A stretch of DNA of 64,000 nt, from positions 12,209 through 76,208 of the forward strand of contig DALYJJ010000002.1 in NCBI GenBank assembly GCA_031969915.1. The letters are read 5' to 3'. A program made the position numbers and the translations under genes. Shown here piece by piece: positions 1 to 12,280 of this stretch; positions within the stretch are counted from its first letter, which is position 1, and every line of letters starts with the position of its first letter. The DNA is from Bryobacteraceae bacterium. GTDB lineage: Bacteria > Acidobacteriota > Terriglobia > Bryobacterales > Bryobacteraceae. The notes under the pieces are model-generated. The model saw only the letters and a list, made by a program, of their open reading frames with translations, did no database searches and was not told the origin of the DNA.

Positions 1-1034
1 AGGCCTTCGATGAAGTCATCGCCGGCGGCGGCAACCGCAAGGAGGGTGCGCTGTACTGGAAAGCCTATGCGCTCACTCGCCTTGGCCGCTCCGACGAAGC
101 GCTCGCTTCTCTGAAGGATATTCCCTCGGAGAGCCGCTGGGCCGGCGACGCCAAGGCCCTCGAAGTGGAAGCGCGCCAGGCCTCCGGCCGCCCGGTTTCT
201 CCGGAGAACCAGCAGGACGAAGAGTTGAAACTCTTCGCGTTGAACGCGCTGGTCAGCTCCGACCCCGATCGCGTAATGCCCATCCTCGACCGCCTTCTGA
301 AGTCCAGCAGTTCGCCCCGCATGAAGGAGCGCGCGCTGTTCGTACTCGCCCAGATGGAGAGCGCGAAGGCAAGAGACACGCTGCTCCAGGTGGCGCGCGG
401 CGGCGGCAATCCGGACCTGCAATTGAAGGCCGTCGAGTACCTGGGGATTCATTCGAACAGCACCGAGAGCCGCAACGCGCTGCAGCAGATCTACTCGTCG
501 AGCAACGACAACGCGATCAAGATGGCCGTGCTCCGGGCCTACCTGCAGGCCAACGACAGAGCGCGCGTCCTTGCGGTGGCCAAGGCGGATTCGAACGTGG
601 AGATGCGGCGGTACGCCCTGCAGATGCTCGCCGGTATGGACGCCGAGAACGAGATCTGGCAGATCTACCAATCGGACTCGAACCCGGAAATCCGCCAGAT
701 GGCGGTGCAGATGCTCGCCTCCACCGGCGGCGTCCAGAGGTTGCTGGAGGTTGCTCGCACGGAGAAAGACGCGGCCATCCGGTTGCGCGCCGTGCAGATG
801 CTTAGTGGGCAGCGCGGCCAGGAAGAAGCGCTCGCGGCGCTCTATTCCACTGAGCAGGACGCCAGGATCAGGCGGCAAGTGATCTACGCTCTGGGCGGCC
901 AGCAGGCCGTCAAGCAGATCATCGCGATCGCGAAGAAGGAAACCGATCCGGAACTGAAGCGCACCGCCGTGCAGATCCTGGCTGGGATCAAGTCGCCCGA
1001 AGCGTCCGAGTACCTGATGGAGTTGCTGAAGTGA
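1..1034 (+). CDS. HEAT-repeat protein (5' end outside the window)
   Basis: Frame 3 is open from base 3 (AFDEVIAGGGNRKEGALYWKAY...) into track ORF 165..1034, so the window edge truncates the gene. The protein consists of ~30-aa helical units with a recurring pattern (PRMKERALFVLAQ, NVEMRRYALQMLAG, NPEIRQMAVQMLAS, DAAIRLRAVQMLSG, DARIRRQVIYALGG, DPELKRTAVQILAG), which is typical of HEAT/PBS-lyase repeats. Confidence 0.7.
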   Translation, partial: AFDEVIAGGGNRKEGALYWKAYALTRLGRSDEALASLKDIPSESRWAGDAKALEVEARQASGRPVSPENQQDEELKLFALNALVSSDPDRVMPILDRLLKSSSSPRMKERALFVLAQMESAKARDTLLQVARGGGNPDLQLKAVEYLGIHSNSTESRNALQQIYSSSNDNAIKMAVLRAYLQANDRARVLAVAKADSNVEMRRYALQMLAGMDAENEIWQIYQSDSNPEIRQMAVQMLASTGGVQRLLEVARTEKDAAIRLRAVQMLSGQRGQEEALAALYSTEQDARIRRQVIYALGGQQAVKQIIAIAKKETDPELKRTAVQILAGIKSPEASEYLMELLK

Positions 1035-1852
1035 GGTTTCCCGCGCTGTTCGTGCTTGCCGGCTGCGCCGCGCTCGCGCAGCCCGTCCTTCAGAACGCAC
1101 GAGTTGAGAACCGCGCGACAGGCGGGTTTCGCGAGACCTACGGCGCCATCCTCGCCGCGCAGCGGGACCCCGCCTGGCTCGGATTCTCCATCGCCGCGCG
1201 GGACGGTCAGGGGACCTCCTGCTGCTGGAGCAACCAGTGCATGGGCTGCGGTCTCGAGGGCCGCGCGGAGTTCGGCCGGCAGGCGGCCCCCACGAGTCCC
1301 GTTCGCCTCGAAGGATCGCGCCGCCGCTACGTGCTGCTGCGCCTGGCCGAAGGGCGCGTCGACAAGATTCGCACGTTCAGCGAGGATTGCCCGCTTGACG
1401 CCGGTGGCCTCACGTTTTACTGGCTGGGCGATCCGAAGCCCGGCGAGATCCAGCCCCTGCTCGAGTCGCTGGTCCGAGACGGGCGCGACGAGGCCCTCTT
1501 CGTGCTGGCGCAGAACGAGGAGCCGGCCTCGCTCGACCTGCTCATTGAGACCGCGCGCAACGATCAGCGCCCGCGCATGCGCTCGAAGGCGCTGTTCTGG
1601 CTGGCGCAACGCGCGGGAGAAAAAGCCGTCGGGGTGATCCGGAATTCCCTGGAAAACGACCCCGATTCTCAGGTCAAACGCCAGGCCGTATTCGCCCTTT
1701 CGCGGCTTCCCAAGGAGCAGGCCGTGCCCCTTCTCATCGACGTAGCGAAAAAGAGTTCGCAAGCCGAGGTCCGGCGCCAGGCGATTTTCTGGCTCGGCCA
1801 GAGCAAGGACCTCCGTGCGCTCGACTTTCTGGAGGAGATCATTCGCCGGTAA
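1031..1852 (+). CDS. secreted HEAT-repeat protein
   Basis: The GTG start overlaps the upstream stop (GTGA at 1031..1034). The N-terminus looks like a signal peptide (MRFPALFVLAGCAALAQP). The C-terminal half carries HEAT-like units (PRMRSKALFWLAQ, DSQVKRQAVFALSRL, QAEVRRQAIFWLGQ). A Cys-rich patch CCWSNQCMGCG is also present. Confidence 0.65.
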   Translation: MRFPALFVLAGCAALAQPVLQNARVENRATGGFRETYGAILAAQRDPAWLGFSIAARDGQGTSCCWSNQCMGCGLEGRAEFGRQAAPTSPVRLEGSRRRYVLLRLAEGRVDKIRTFSEDCPLDAGGLTFYWLGDPKPGEIQPLLESLVRDGRDEALFVLAQNEEPASLDLLIETARNDQRPRMRSKALFWLAQRAGEKAVGVIRNSLENDPDSQVKRQAVFALSRLPKEQAVPLLIDVAKKSSQAEVRRQAIFWLGQSKDLRALDFLEEIIRR

Positions 1853-1885
1853 GCAGGTTACAATGGGGAACTCGCGGTTTCGCCT

Positions 1886-4285
1886 ATGCGGTTGGCCGAG
1901 GACCTCAAGCAATCTCTTCGTTCGCTGCGGCGCAGCCCGACCTTCTCCATCGCCGCACTTGCTCTTTTGGCCATAGGCATCGGCGGCAACGCCACGCTGT
2001 TCACTGTAGTGAAGGCCGTGTTGCTGCGGCCGCTTGCCGTCCAGGAGCCCGGCCGTTTGCTTCGGGTTTACTCGACCAACCCATCGAAAAGCGTTTCACG
2101 AATGAACGTTTCGGCGGGAAATTACCTGGCCTACGCCGCCGCCAACCGCAGCTTTGCGAGCATCGCCGCGTTTCGAGGAGCAAAGCCGGGGCTGGCCGGT
2201 CCGGCGGGTGGCGGGGTGCAGGTTGCGGGTCTGCGCGTTTCGGCGGGCTTCTGCGCGGCGCTCGGCGTGCAGCCTATTCTCGGACGTTGTTTCACGGAGG
2301 CGGAAGACCGCCAAGGCGCACCCCTGCTGGCGCTGATTTCCGAAGGGCTGTGGCGTACCCGATTCGGGGGCGTGCCGGAGGTTCTCGGTAAGGCCATTGA
2401 ACTCGACAAGCAGCCGCACACGATCGTCGGCGTGATGCCTTCCGGGATTGAATGGCCCGCGGGTACGGAGGTCTGGACGCCGCTCGCGCCTCATCCGCAG
2501 GAGGTCGCCGCCCGGGGCGCCCGCTACTTCACCGTGATCGCGCGGCTGCGGCGCGACGTTTCGCTCCAGCAGGCGGAAGCCGAGCTGAGATCGCTGGCTG
2601 CTGTCGAGGCCGAGCGTCATCCGCAATCCAACGACGGTTGGAGCGTGCGCCTGGAGCCGGTGCTTGATTCGATGATCGAGCCCGTGCGGCCCGCGCTGCT
2701 GACGCTGCTTTCCGCGGCCGGTCTTCTGCTCCTCATCGCGTGCGCGAACCTGGCCAATCTCTTACTCGTGCGCGCCGCGGCGCGCCAGCGCGACGTTGCC
2801 GTGCGCATCGCCCTCGGGGCCTCCTGGCTGCCGTTTGCCCGGCGGCCGCTGATTGAGAACGCCCTTCTGGCCGCCGCGGGTGCGGGCATCGGACTTCTGC
2901 TCGCGCAAGCGACGGTGCGAGCCATCGCCGCCACCCGCCCCGATCTGGTGCCCCGCCTGGCGGGCGCGGAAGTGGACTTCGGCGTGATTTTGTTCACCCT
3001 CCTGATCGCCGCGCTCACGGTGGCGGTTGTCGGAATCGTCCCGGCCGTGGGCATCCGCCGCACCGATGTCAATCTGACCTTGCGCGAGGGCGGACGGGGC
3101 GGCGGCGAAGGCCCCGGCCGGCGGCGTCTGCGGCAGGCCCTGGTGGTGGCCGAGGTGGCCCTCTCCGTGGTCCTGCTGGTCGGCGCAGGCCTGGTTCTCC
3201 GTACGCTCGCCAAGCTCTACAGCGTGGAGACCGGCTTCCGCGCAGAGAATCTGATCGCCCTTCAAATGACGCTCTCCGACAGCTTCGAGGAGCCCTACTA
3301 TTGGAATCTGTTGGAGCGGTCGCTCGCCTTGGCCCGCGGAGTGCCCGGCGTTGAAGCCGCCGGCGCCTCGGGCGTGCTGCCGCTGACGCCGGCCAATCTG
3401 CAGGTACAGTTCCAGCGCGAAAACGCCGCCGGCTCCTCGGTCAGCGAAAAACACCGCGCCCGTTACGACGCCGTCAGCACCGGCTACTTCGAAGCGATGG
3501 GTGTGCCCCTCAAGGACGGCCGCGCCATCGGTGATCGGGATGGCGCCAACGCGCCGCCCGTGGTGGTGGTCAGCGAAGCACTCGCGCGCCGCCATTTTCC
3601 GGGGGAGAGCGCGGTGGGCAAGCGCCTGATCGTGAACTACGGGAATCCCGCGCCGCGCGAGATCGTGGGCGTGGTTGGCGACATGAAGCACCTTTCGCTC
3701 GAGGAGACTCCGCTCGCCGCCATCTACGTTCCCTACCTGCAGGCGCCGCTTCCGATGCTTGCGATTGCCGTCCGCACGGCGCGGCCCGACGCCGGGGAGC
3801 AGGTCCGCCGGCAGATCCAGACGCTTGACCCGGCGCTCGCGCCCCCTCGCATCTCGTCCATGGAAGAGGTGGTGGCCGAGTCCACGTTCCAGCGGCGGTT
3901 GCTGGCCGGGCTACTGGGTGGCTTCGCGTTTCTAGCTCTGCTGCTGGCCTCCATCGGCGTGTATGGCGTGATGGCCTACGCCGTGGAGCAGCGGCGTGTG
4001 GAGTTCGGCGTCCGGCTCGCCTTGGGCGCGCAGCCCAAGGATCTGCGACGCCGCGTGCTGCGCCAGGCGCTCGCTCTCGCTCTGGCGGGAAGCACGCTCG
4101 GCTTCGCGGCGGCGATCCCATCCGCGCGCCTCCTGCGGTCCATGCTCTTTGGCGTCGAGCCCGCCGATCCGGTCACCCTCGCGGCGGTGGTCGCAGTTCT
4201 CATCGTGGTGGCCTTGGCGGCCAGTTACTTGCCCGCGGCACGGGCTACCCGTGTCGACCCCATCACCGCTTTGCGCAGCGAATAG
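1886..4285 (+). CDS. MacB-like/FtsX-family ABC transporter permease (acidobacterial duplicated orphan permease type)
   Basis: 799 aa. The N-terminus MRLAEDLKQSLRSLRRSPTFSIAALALLAIGIGGNATLFTVV is the usual MacB/ADOP start. There are two extracytoplasmic domains, each followed by FtsX-type TM bundles. The C-terminal tail AARATRVDPITALRSE is typical of the family. No ABC ATPase gene is adjacent. Confidence 0.8.
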   Translation: MRLAEDLKQSLRSLRRSPTFSIAALALLAIGIGGNATLFTVVKAVLLRPLAVQEPGRLLRVYSTNPSKSVSRMNVSAGNYLAYAAANRSFASIAAFRGAKPGLAGPAGGGVQVAGLRVSAGFCAALGVQPILGRCFTEAEDRQGAPLLALISEGLWRTRFGGVPEVLGKAIELDKQPHTIVGVMPSGIEWPAGTEVWTPLAPHPQEVAARGARYFTVIARLRRDVSLQQAEAELRSLAAVEAERHPQSNDGWSVRLEPVLDSMIEPVRPALLTLLSAAGLLLLIACANLANLLLVRAAARQRDVAVRIALGASWLPFARRPLIENALLAAAGAGIGLLLAQATVRAIAATRPDLVPRLAGAEVDFGVILFTLLIAALTVAVVGIVPAVGIRRTDVNLTLREGGRGGGEGPGRRRLRQALVVAEVALSVVLLVGAGLVLRTLAKLYSVETGFRAENLIALQMTLSDSFEEPYYWNLLERSLALARGVPGVEAAGASGVLPLTPANLQVQFQRENAAGSSVSEKHRARYDAVSTGYFEAMGVPLKDGRAIGDRDGANAPPVVVVSEALARRHFPGESAVGKRLIVNYGNPAPREIVGVVGDMKHLSLEETPLAAIYVPYLQAPLPMLAIAVRTARPDAGEQVRRQIQTLDPALAPPRISSMEEVVAESTFQRRLLAGLLGGFAFLALLLASIGVYGVMAYAVEQRRVEFGVRLALGAQPKDLRRRVLRQALALALAGSTLGFAAAIPSARLLRSMLFGVEPADPVTLAAVVAVLIVVALAASYLPAARATRVDPITALRSE

Positions 4286-4286
4286 C

Positions 4287-4478
4287 CTACACCGCCCGCA
4301 GCACACGCGCGGGCAACGTCACAATCGCCCACAGCAGATCGAGGACGCCGCCCACCGCGATGCCCACAATCCGGAACGGCAGCAGCAGCAGCCACACCAG
4401 CGGGTAGGCGATCAACGCCACCAGCGCCAGCGGCCAGCACAGGAACAGCAATATCAGCCAGAGCAGAAACTTCACCAT
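4287..4478 (-). CDS. small hydrophobic membrane protein (hypothetical)
   Basis: This is the ATG-initiated part (MVKFLLWLILLFLCWPLALVALIAYPLVWLLLLPFRIVGIAVGGVLDLLWAIVTL...) of track ORF 4287..4517. It has two clear TM helices. The longer version would start at a GTG at 4517. I see no family assignment. Confidence 0.45.
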   Translation of the reverse strand: MVKFLLWLILLFLCWPLALVALIAYPLVWLLLLPFRIVGIAVGGVLDLLWAIVTLPARVLRAV

Positions 4479-4562
4479 GTCAATTAACAATACGCGCACG
4501 CCGCCCCTGGAGTTCACGCAACAAAACGGCCGATCGCGCGTCTAAACCGCCATAGGCAATCC

Positions 4563-5369
4563 ATGCGTCTGGGATCTGGCGAATACTGTGGGGAAGTGGT
4601 CCGGCGGAAAGGCACACCCGGCCTGGTGCTCACTGAGACGCGTTACGCCGCAGGCAGCGCGGTGGCCCGCCACTCCCATGCGCGCCCCTATCTGTGCCTG
4701 GTGCGCACCGGCGGCTATACGGAGACTTATAGCGGAAGCACGCGCGACGTCGCACCGCTGACCGCCGCGTTTCATCCCGCCGGCGAGGAGCACGCCGAGA
4801 AGTTCCACGGCCGGGAGACTCGATCGTTCAACGTGGAGTTCCTGCCCGGCGGTGCGGCGGACCGCGTGGTGCTGCCCGGCGAAGCGGAGTTCCGCAGCGG
4901 TGGTGCAGTCGCGAACCTCCTTTTGCGCCTGTACGGCGAGTTCCGCCTGATGGACGACGTTTCGCCGCTGGCCATTGAGGGGCTGGTCCTGCAGATCCTG
5001 GCCGAGTTGGAGCGAGCCCGGCGCGAACCCTCGACGAGCCAGTCGCCGGAATGGCTCTCTGCCGCGCGCGAGCTGTTGTCCCTGCGCTTCGCCGAAACCC
5101 TCTCGCTCAGCGAGCTTGCCGCCGAGGTCAAAGTCCACCCCGTCCACTTCGCCTCCGCCTTCCGCAAGCACTTCGGTTGCACCGCCGGCGACTACGTGCG
5201 GCGGTTGCGAGTGGACTTTGCCTGCCGCCGCCTCAGCTCGTCCTCCGCCTCGCTCGCCGGCATTGCCTTCGAAGCCGGCTTCACGGATCAGAGCCACTTC
5301 ACGCGGACCTTCCGCCGCCACACAGGCGTGACTCCGGCCCAGTACCGCCAGTCCTTCCGAGCCCGCTAA
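4563..5369 (+). CDS. AraC-family transcriptional regulator
   Basis: The C-terminal double HTH is typical of AraC/XylS: LSELAAEVKVHPVHFASAFRKHFGCTAGDYVRRLRVDFACRRL ... IAFEAGFTDQSHFTRTFRRHTGVTPAQYR. The N-terminal half looks like a cupin. Confidence 0.85.
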   Translation: MRLGSGEYCGEVVRRKGTPGLVLTETRYAAGSAVARHSHARPYLCLVRTGGYTETYSGSTRDVAPLTAAFHPAGEEHAEKFHGRETRSFNVEFLPGGAADRVVLPGEAEFRSGGAVANLLLRLYGEFRLMDDVSPLAIEGLVLQILAELERARREPSTSQSPEWLSAARELLSLRFAETLSLSELAAEVKVHPVHFASAFRKHFGCTAGDYVRRLRVDFACRRLSSSSASLAGIAFEAGFTDQSHFTRTFRRHTGVTPAQYRQSFRAR

Positions 5370-5430
5370 TTGTGTACCAACGGCTTAGCTGTGTGCAAGA
5401 GACGCGAGCCGGCAAACGGTATCCTCGGTC

Positions 5431-6489
5431 ATGACGAGAAGATGGATGCTCTGTGCGGCCTGGGCCGTATCCATGGCCTGGGCCCAGCGCCCCGACCCCG
5501 ACGGCCCCATCGACGACGCCGTTCGCCGCCAGGTGGTCGACACGCTCGCCACTCGGCTCGAAGACCGCTACGTGTTTCCCGAAACCGCGAAGCAGATCGT
5601 GGAGCACCTTCGCCGCAAGCAGCGAGACGGTGCATACGCGCAGATCGAGACCGGCCGCGCCTTCGCCAAACAACTTACCGCGGACGTCCAGGAGATCTCC
5701 AAGGACAAGCACCTGCGCGTGAACTACGTGCCCGAAGGCGTGCCCGAGCTGCGCCGTCCTTCGCCCGAGGACATCCATCGTCAGCGAGCGTTCATGGCCC
5801 GCGTCAACTACGGCTTCGAAAAGCTGGAGCGCCTGGAGGGCAACGTCGGCTACCTGGATCTGCGGGGTTTCATGGACCCCGCGCTGGGCGGCGACACCGC
5901 GTTCGCGGCCATGCAATTCCTGGCCAACACTGACGCGCTGATCATCGATCTCCGCCGCAACGGCGGCGGCGCGCCGGGCATGGTTGCGTTGATCACATCG
6001 TGGCTGTTTGGCGACGATCGCGTGCATCTGAACGACCTGTACTTCCGCCCCGCCGGCAGCACGGAGCAATGGCACACCATGCCCTGGGTTCCGGGCAAAC
6101 GATACGCCGGCAAGGACGTCTACCTCCTTACGAGCAAGTTCACTTTCTCCGCCGCGGAGGAGTTCGCCTACAACCTGAAGAACCTCCAGCGGGCGACCAT
6201 CGTTGGTGAAACCACGGGCGGCGGCGCGCACCCCGGCGAGGGCGTGAAGTTGCACGAGAAGTTCAGCGCGTTCATCTCTACCGGGCGCGCGATCAATCCC
6301 TATTCCAAGACCAACTGGGAAGGGACGGGTGTGGCGCCCGACGTCGCCACGGACGCCGAAGTTGCCCTCAAGAAAGCGCACCTGATGGCGCTCGAAAAGG
6401 CGCTCTCGAAGGGCGGGTTGGAGCCTGCCCGGGTGAAGCAGGCGGTGGAGGACAAGATCGTTTCGCTAAAGAAGGAGCTAGGACAATGA
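5431..6489 (+). CDS. S41-family (tail-specific/IRBP-like) peptidase, secreted
   Basis: Signal peptide MTRRWMLCAAWAVSMAWAQ. S41 motifs are present: IIDLRRNGGGAPGMV, LLTSKFTFSAAEEFAYNL (Ser nucleophile context) and TIVGETTGGGAHPG. Confidence 0.8.
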   Translation: MTRRWMLCAAWAVSMAWAQRPDPDGPIDDAVRRQVVDTLATRLEDRYVFPETAKQIVEHLRRKQRDGAYAQIETGRAFAKQLTADVQEISKDKHLRVNYVPEGVPELRRPSPEDIHRQRAFMARVNYGFEKLERLEGNVGYLDLRGFMDPALGGDTAFAAMQFLANTDALIIDLRRNGGGAPGMVALITSWLFGDDRVHLNDLYFRPAGSTEQWHTMPWVPGKRYAGKDVYLLTSKFTFSAAEEFAYNLKNLQRATIVGETTGGGAHPGEGVKLHEKFSAFISTGRAINPYSKTNWEGTGVAPDVATDAEVALKKAHLMALEKALSKGGLEPARVKQAVEDKIVSLKKELGQ

Positions 6490-6884
6490 GGAGAATTCTG
6501 GGTATGGCCCTGCTGCTGTGCGGGGCCGCGTTCGCCGGCGAACTGAAGCTGCCGGATTCGCCCGTGGGTAAGCGGTTCGCGAAGTTCGTCGAGGTCTTCA
6601 ATGCCGGTGAGCGTGCCGGTTTCGTTGCTTTCCATAAGGAGACCGCCAGCGACGCCGAGGCGTCGCAGCGAGCCGATCAGGATGTGGGCGCCGCGAAGCA
6701 GACCGGCGGGCTGAAGTTGCACAGCGTCACCAAGTCCGATGAAACCTATATCAGCGTGCTGGCGCAGACCAAGAGTAGCGGCGAGTGGATTCAGTTTGAG
6801 TTTGAAGTGGCCAAGGAAGCGCCCCACGATGTGACCAACATCGGCGTGCGGCCGGCGTCCGCGCCGAAAGACGCGGCGAAGTAG
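6486..6884 (+). CDS. secreted hypothetical protein, translationally coupled to the S41 peptidase
   Basis: Its ATG overlaps the upstream stop (ATGA at 6486..6489). It has a signal peptide (MRRILGMALLLCGAAFAG). I recognise no catalytic motif. Confidence 0.55.
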   Translation: MRRILGMALLLCGAAFAGELKLPDSPVGKRFAKFVEVFNAGERAGFVAFHKETASDAEASQRADQDVGAAKQTGGLKLHSVTKSDETYISVLAQTKSSGEWIQFEFEVAKEAPHDVTNIGVRPASAPKDAAK

Positions 6885-6887
6885 GCC

Positions 6888-7751
<864 letters not shown>

Positions 7752-7754
7752 TGG

Positions 7755-9176
7755 TTACTTTGATTCTAGCGCGGCCAGTCCGGATTCCACCGATTCCCGG
7801 AAGTCGCCCGCGGGCAGGGAATTCAGGTTGATACGCACATTGGCGATCGCCCCCGTAAGCGCCGCCTCGGCGCATGCCTTCGCGGTCACCACATCGGAGG
7901 CCACCTTCGCCGGCGCCACCGTTTCCAGTCGCTCCAGTTGCCGCTGCACGTCGCGCACGGTCTCTGCCACTTCGAGAGGCACCGCGGTCGCCAAGCGCAT
8001 CGCCGCGTCCACAAACGGCCCGCGCTCCGCCTTCGGCCGCTTATAGGCGGCCACCACAGCCTGATAGGCTTGCGCGTCGCGCTCCACTGCCGCGGTCAGA
8101 AACCGGCGCGGCGTTTCGAAGTCGAAACCCGTGAGTTTCGCCAGGCCAGCGACCATGGAGCCCAAAGCCGCGGCCATCGCACCAGCCGCCGCCGATACGC
8201 TGCCCCCGCCCGGAGTCGCCGACGGAGCGGCTACTGAATCCAGGAACTCGCTCAGTCCGTCGCGCTCGCCCATCGCCTCCGCGATGCGGTTCTCGAGCAC
8301 CATGCCCGGATGGAAGTTCTCGATGCGCAGCGCGTAGTCCGCCGTCAGCTCCAGCGCCTTCTTGGGAATCAGCCCGACGATCTCGCTACCCACCACCGGC
8401 ACGCCGTATCGCTCGGCTTCCGCCCGAACCGTCTCAAAGACCCGATGGATCGGCGTCTGCTCGAAATCGGTCAGATTCATCGACACCTGCGCCAGGTGCC
8501 GGGAAGCCAGCGGAACCCCCATCGCCTTGACGTAGCGGAATCCGCCCGTGGAGTGGCGGATGCCCTTGGCGATTCGCTTCGCGATCCCGATATCCGGGGT
8601 GCCCAGGTTGATGTTGTAGGCGATCAGAAATTTCCTCGCGCCGACCACTGTCGCGCCGGCGGTGGGATGCAACTCCGGCCCGCCCACATCCGGCCTGCGG
8701 TCCGGATTCGACGGCGCCTCCTCTCGCAGACCTTCGAACTGGCCGCGCCGTATGTTCTCCAGGTTCACGCGATCCGGCCGTTTCGCCGCGGCTTCATAGA
8801 AGTACACAGGGATACGGAACCGCTTCCACAATTCAGCTCCCACGCGCTCGGCGATCGCCACGCAGTCCTCGAGCGTCACTCCCTCCACGGGCACAAACGG
8901 AATCACGTCCGTCGCCCCGATCCGCGGATGCACTCCCTCATGCTTCGTCAGGTCGATCAACTCCGCGGCCTTCCCCGCCGCGCGGACCGCCGCCTCCGCC
9001 ACCGCCTCGGGCTCTCCGGCGAAGGTCAGCACGCAACGGTTGTGATCGGCGTCCAGCTCGCGGTCGAGCAGCGCCACCCCGTGCTTGGACCGGATCGCCT
9101 CCACCAGCAGATCCACCCGCGCCGCATCGCGGCCCTCTGAGAAATTCGCCACGCATTCGATCAGTTTCCGGGGCAT
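7755..9176 (-). CDS. ftcD: bifunctional glutamate formimidoyltransferase / formimidoyltetrahydrofolate cyclodeaminase
   Basis: The real start is the ATG at 9176 ([17 protein letters not shown], the canonical formiminotransferase N-terminus). It is residue 221 of the over-extended track ORF 7755..9836. The C-terminal ~190 aa carry the cyclodeaminase motif PGGGSVSAAAGAMAAALGSMV. Confidence 0.85.
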   Translation of the reverse strand: MPRKLIECVANFSEGRDAARVDLLVEAIRSKHGVALLDRELDADHNRCVLTFAGEPEAVAEAAVRAAGKAAELIDLTKHEGVHPRIGATDVIPFVPVEGVTLEDCVAIAERVGAELWKRFRIPVYFYEAAAKRPDRVNLENIRRGQFEGLREEAPSNPDRRPDVGGPELHPTAGATVVGARKFLIAYNINLGTPDIGIAKRIAKGIRHSTGGFRYVKAMGVPLASRHLAQVSMNLTDFEQTPIHRVFETVRAEAERYGVPVVGSEIVGLIPKKALELTADYALRIENFHPGMVLENRIAEAMGERDGLSEFLDSVAAPSATPGGGSVSAAAGAMAAALGSMVAGLAKLTGFDFETPRRFLTAAVERDAQAYQAVVAAYKRPKAERGPFVDAAMRLATAVPLEVAETVRDVQRQLERLETVAPAKVASDVVTAKACAEAALTGAIANVRINLNSLPAGDFRESVESGLAALESK

Positions 9177-10431
9177 GTCGTCTTGTTCCTGCGGTAAAGT
9201 ATCGCGCCTTTCTTCATCGTCAGGTGGATCGCGTTTACGCCAAACTGGTAGGGGATCTCGCGGTAGTCGGCCACGTCCGCCATGATCAGGTCCGCCTGCT
9301 TTCCGAACTCCAGCGAGCCGACCCGATCCGCCATGCGCAGGGCCCACGCACCGTTGATGGTTGCCGCTGCGATCGCCTCGGCCGGCGTCATCCGCATCTG
9401 CGTGCAGGCCAGCGAGAGCATCATCGGCATGCTGTAGCTGGGGCTGGTGCCGGGGTTGTAGTCGGAGGCCAGGGCCACCGCCGCACCCGAGTCGATGAAT
9501 AGACGCGCCGGAGCGTACCGCTGCAAGCCGAGGTGAAACACGGAGCCGGGCAGGAGGGTGGCGATGGTCGTGGAACGGGCCAGCACTTCCGCGTCGGCCC
9601 GCTCCGCCTGCTCCAGATGATCGACGCTCACGGCGTCCAATTCCACGCCCAACTGGACGCCGCCGCTGCGGGCGAACTGCTCGGCATGCAGTTTCAGCCC
9701 CAACCCGTGCTCCCGCGCGCTCCTCAGGTAGGCGCGCGCCTGTTCGACGGAGAACGCCGTCGGCTCGCAGTATACGTCGGCGAACTGCGCCAGTCCGCGC
9801 CGCGCGACGGCCGGGATCATGGCCCTGCACATCCATTCGATGTAATGGTCGGGGCGCCCTTGGAACTCCGGCGGCACCACGTGCGCACCCAGGTAGGTCG
9901 CGGCAACGTCCAGCGGAACGCCGTTCAATTCCTCCAGGGTCTTCAGCGTCTTTGTCTCGCCGGCCTCGTCCAGCCCGTATCCGCTCTTCGCCTCCACCGT
10001 GGTGGTGCCGTGTCGCACCATCCCATCGATGGTCTTACGCGCGGCGGTTTCCAGAGTCCTTTTGGGTAACGACCGCACCGCGCGCACGCTCGAGAGGATG
10101 CCTCCCCCCTTCTTCGCGATCTCCTGGTAGGTCTTACCCTGCAGGCGCATCTCGTAATCGAGCAGCCGCGGCGGCCCGCAGACCAGGTGGGTGTGGCTAT
10201 CGACGAAACCCGGCAGCACCACCCGGCCGTCTGCGTCGATGGTCTCCGCGTGCCGCGCTTCCGCGAGGTTCTCAATGCGGCGCGATGGCCCGACTGCGAC
10301 GATCACGCCGTTCTCGATGAGCAGCGCACCGTTTTGGATCAGCCCCGGATCGTTCAACGCGTGTCCGCGGCGCGGGCCCGAAGGTCCATGCAGCGTCAAC
10401 AACTGACGCGCCCCGCGAACGAGTATCCGCT

Positions 10432-10435
<4 letters not shown>
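9161..10435 (-). CDS. hutI: imidazolonepropionase
   Basis: Amidohydrolase-fold motifs of HutI are present: [42 protein letters not shown]. 424 aa. It overlaps ftcD by 16 nt and hutU by 4 nt. Confidence 0.92.
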
Positions 10436-12090
<1,655 letters not shown>

Positions 12091-12280
12091 GGCACTCTTA
12101 CTCTATCACCGGCGCCGCGCCCTTTCTTTGGGAAAGAGCAACGAATTCCGTTCTATTTGTGGAGGGAATTTCCCTCTTCTTGGGCGCGCGCCCGGCCGCG
12201 GTGAGCGCCGCCGTCCGGAGGATTAACCTGGCGGGAACATCGCGCCCCTCTTTCACGTAGAGTGATTGATGGAGGATCCC

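Noticed and set aside
7755-9836. Over-extended track ORFs: 7755..9836, 17185..18570, 19566..20891, 23937..27236, 29367..32351, 36045..38822, 50734..52278, 51561..52709 and 61300..63720.
   Set aside because: The N-terminal extensions overlap neighbouring genes or tRNAs and read as low-complexity sequence. Internal starts give canonical family N-termini or signal peptides, so I used trimmed coordinates.
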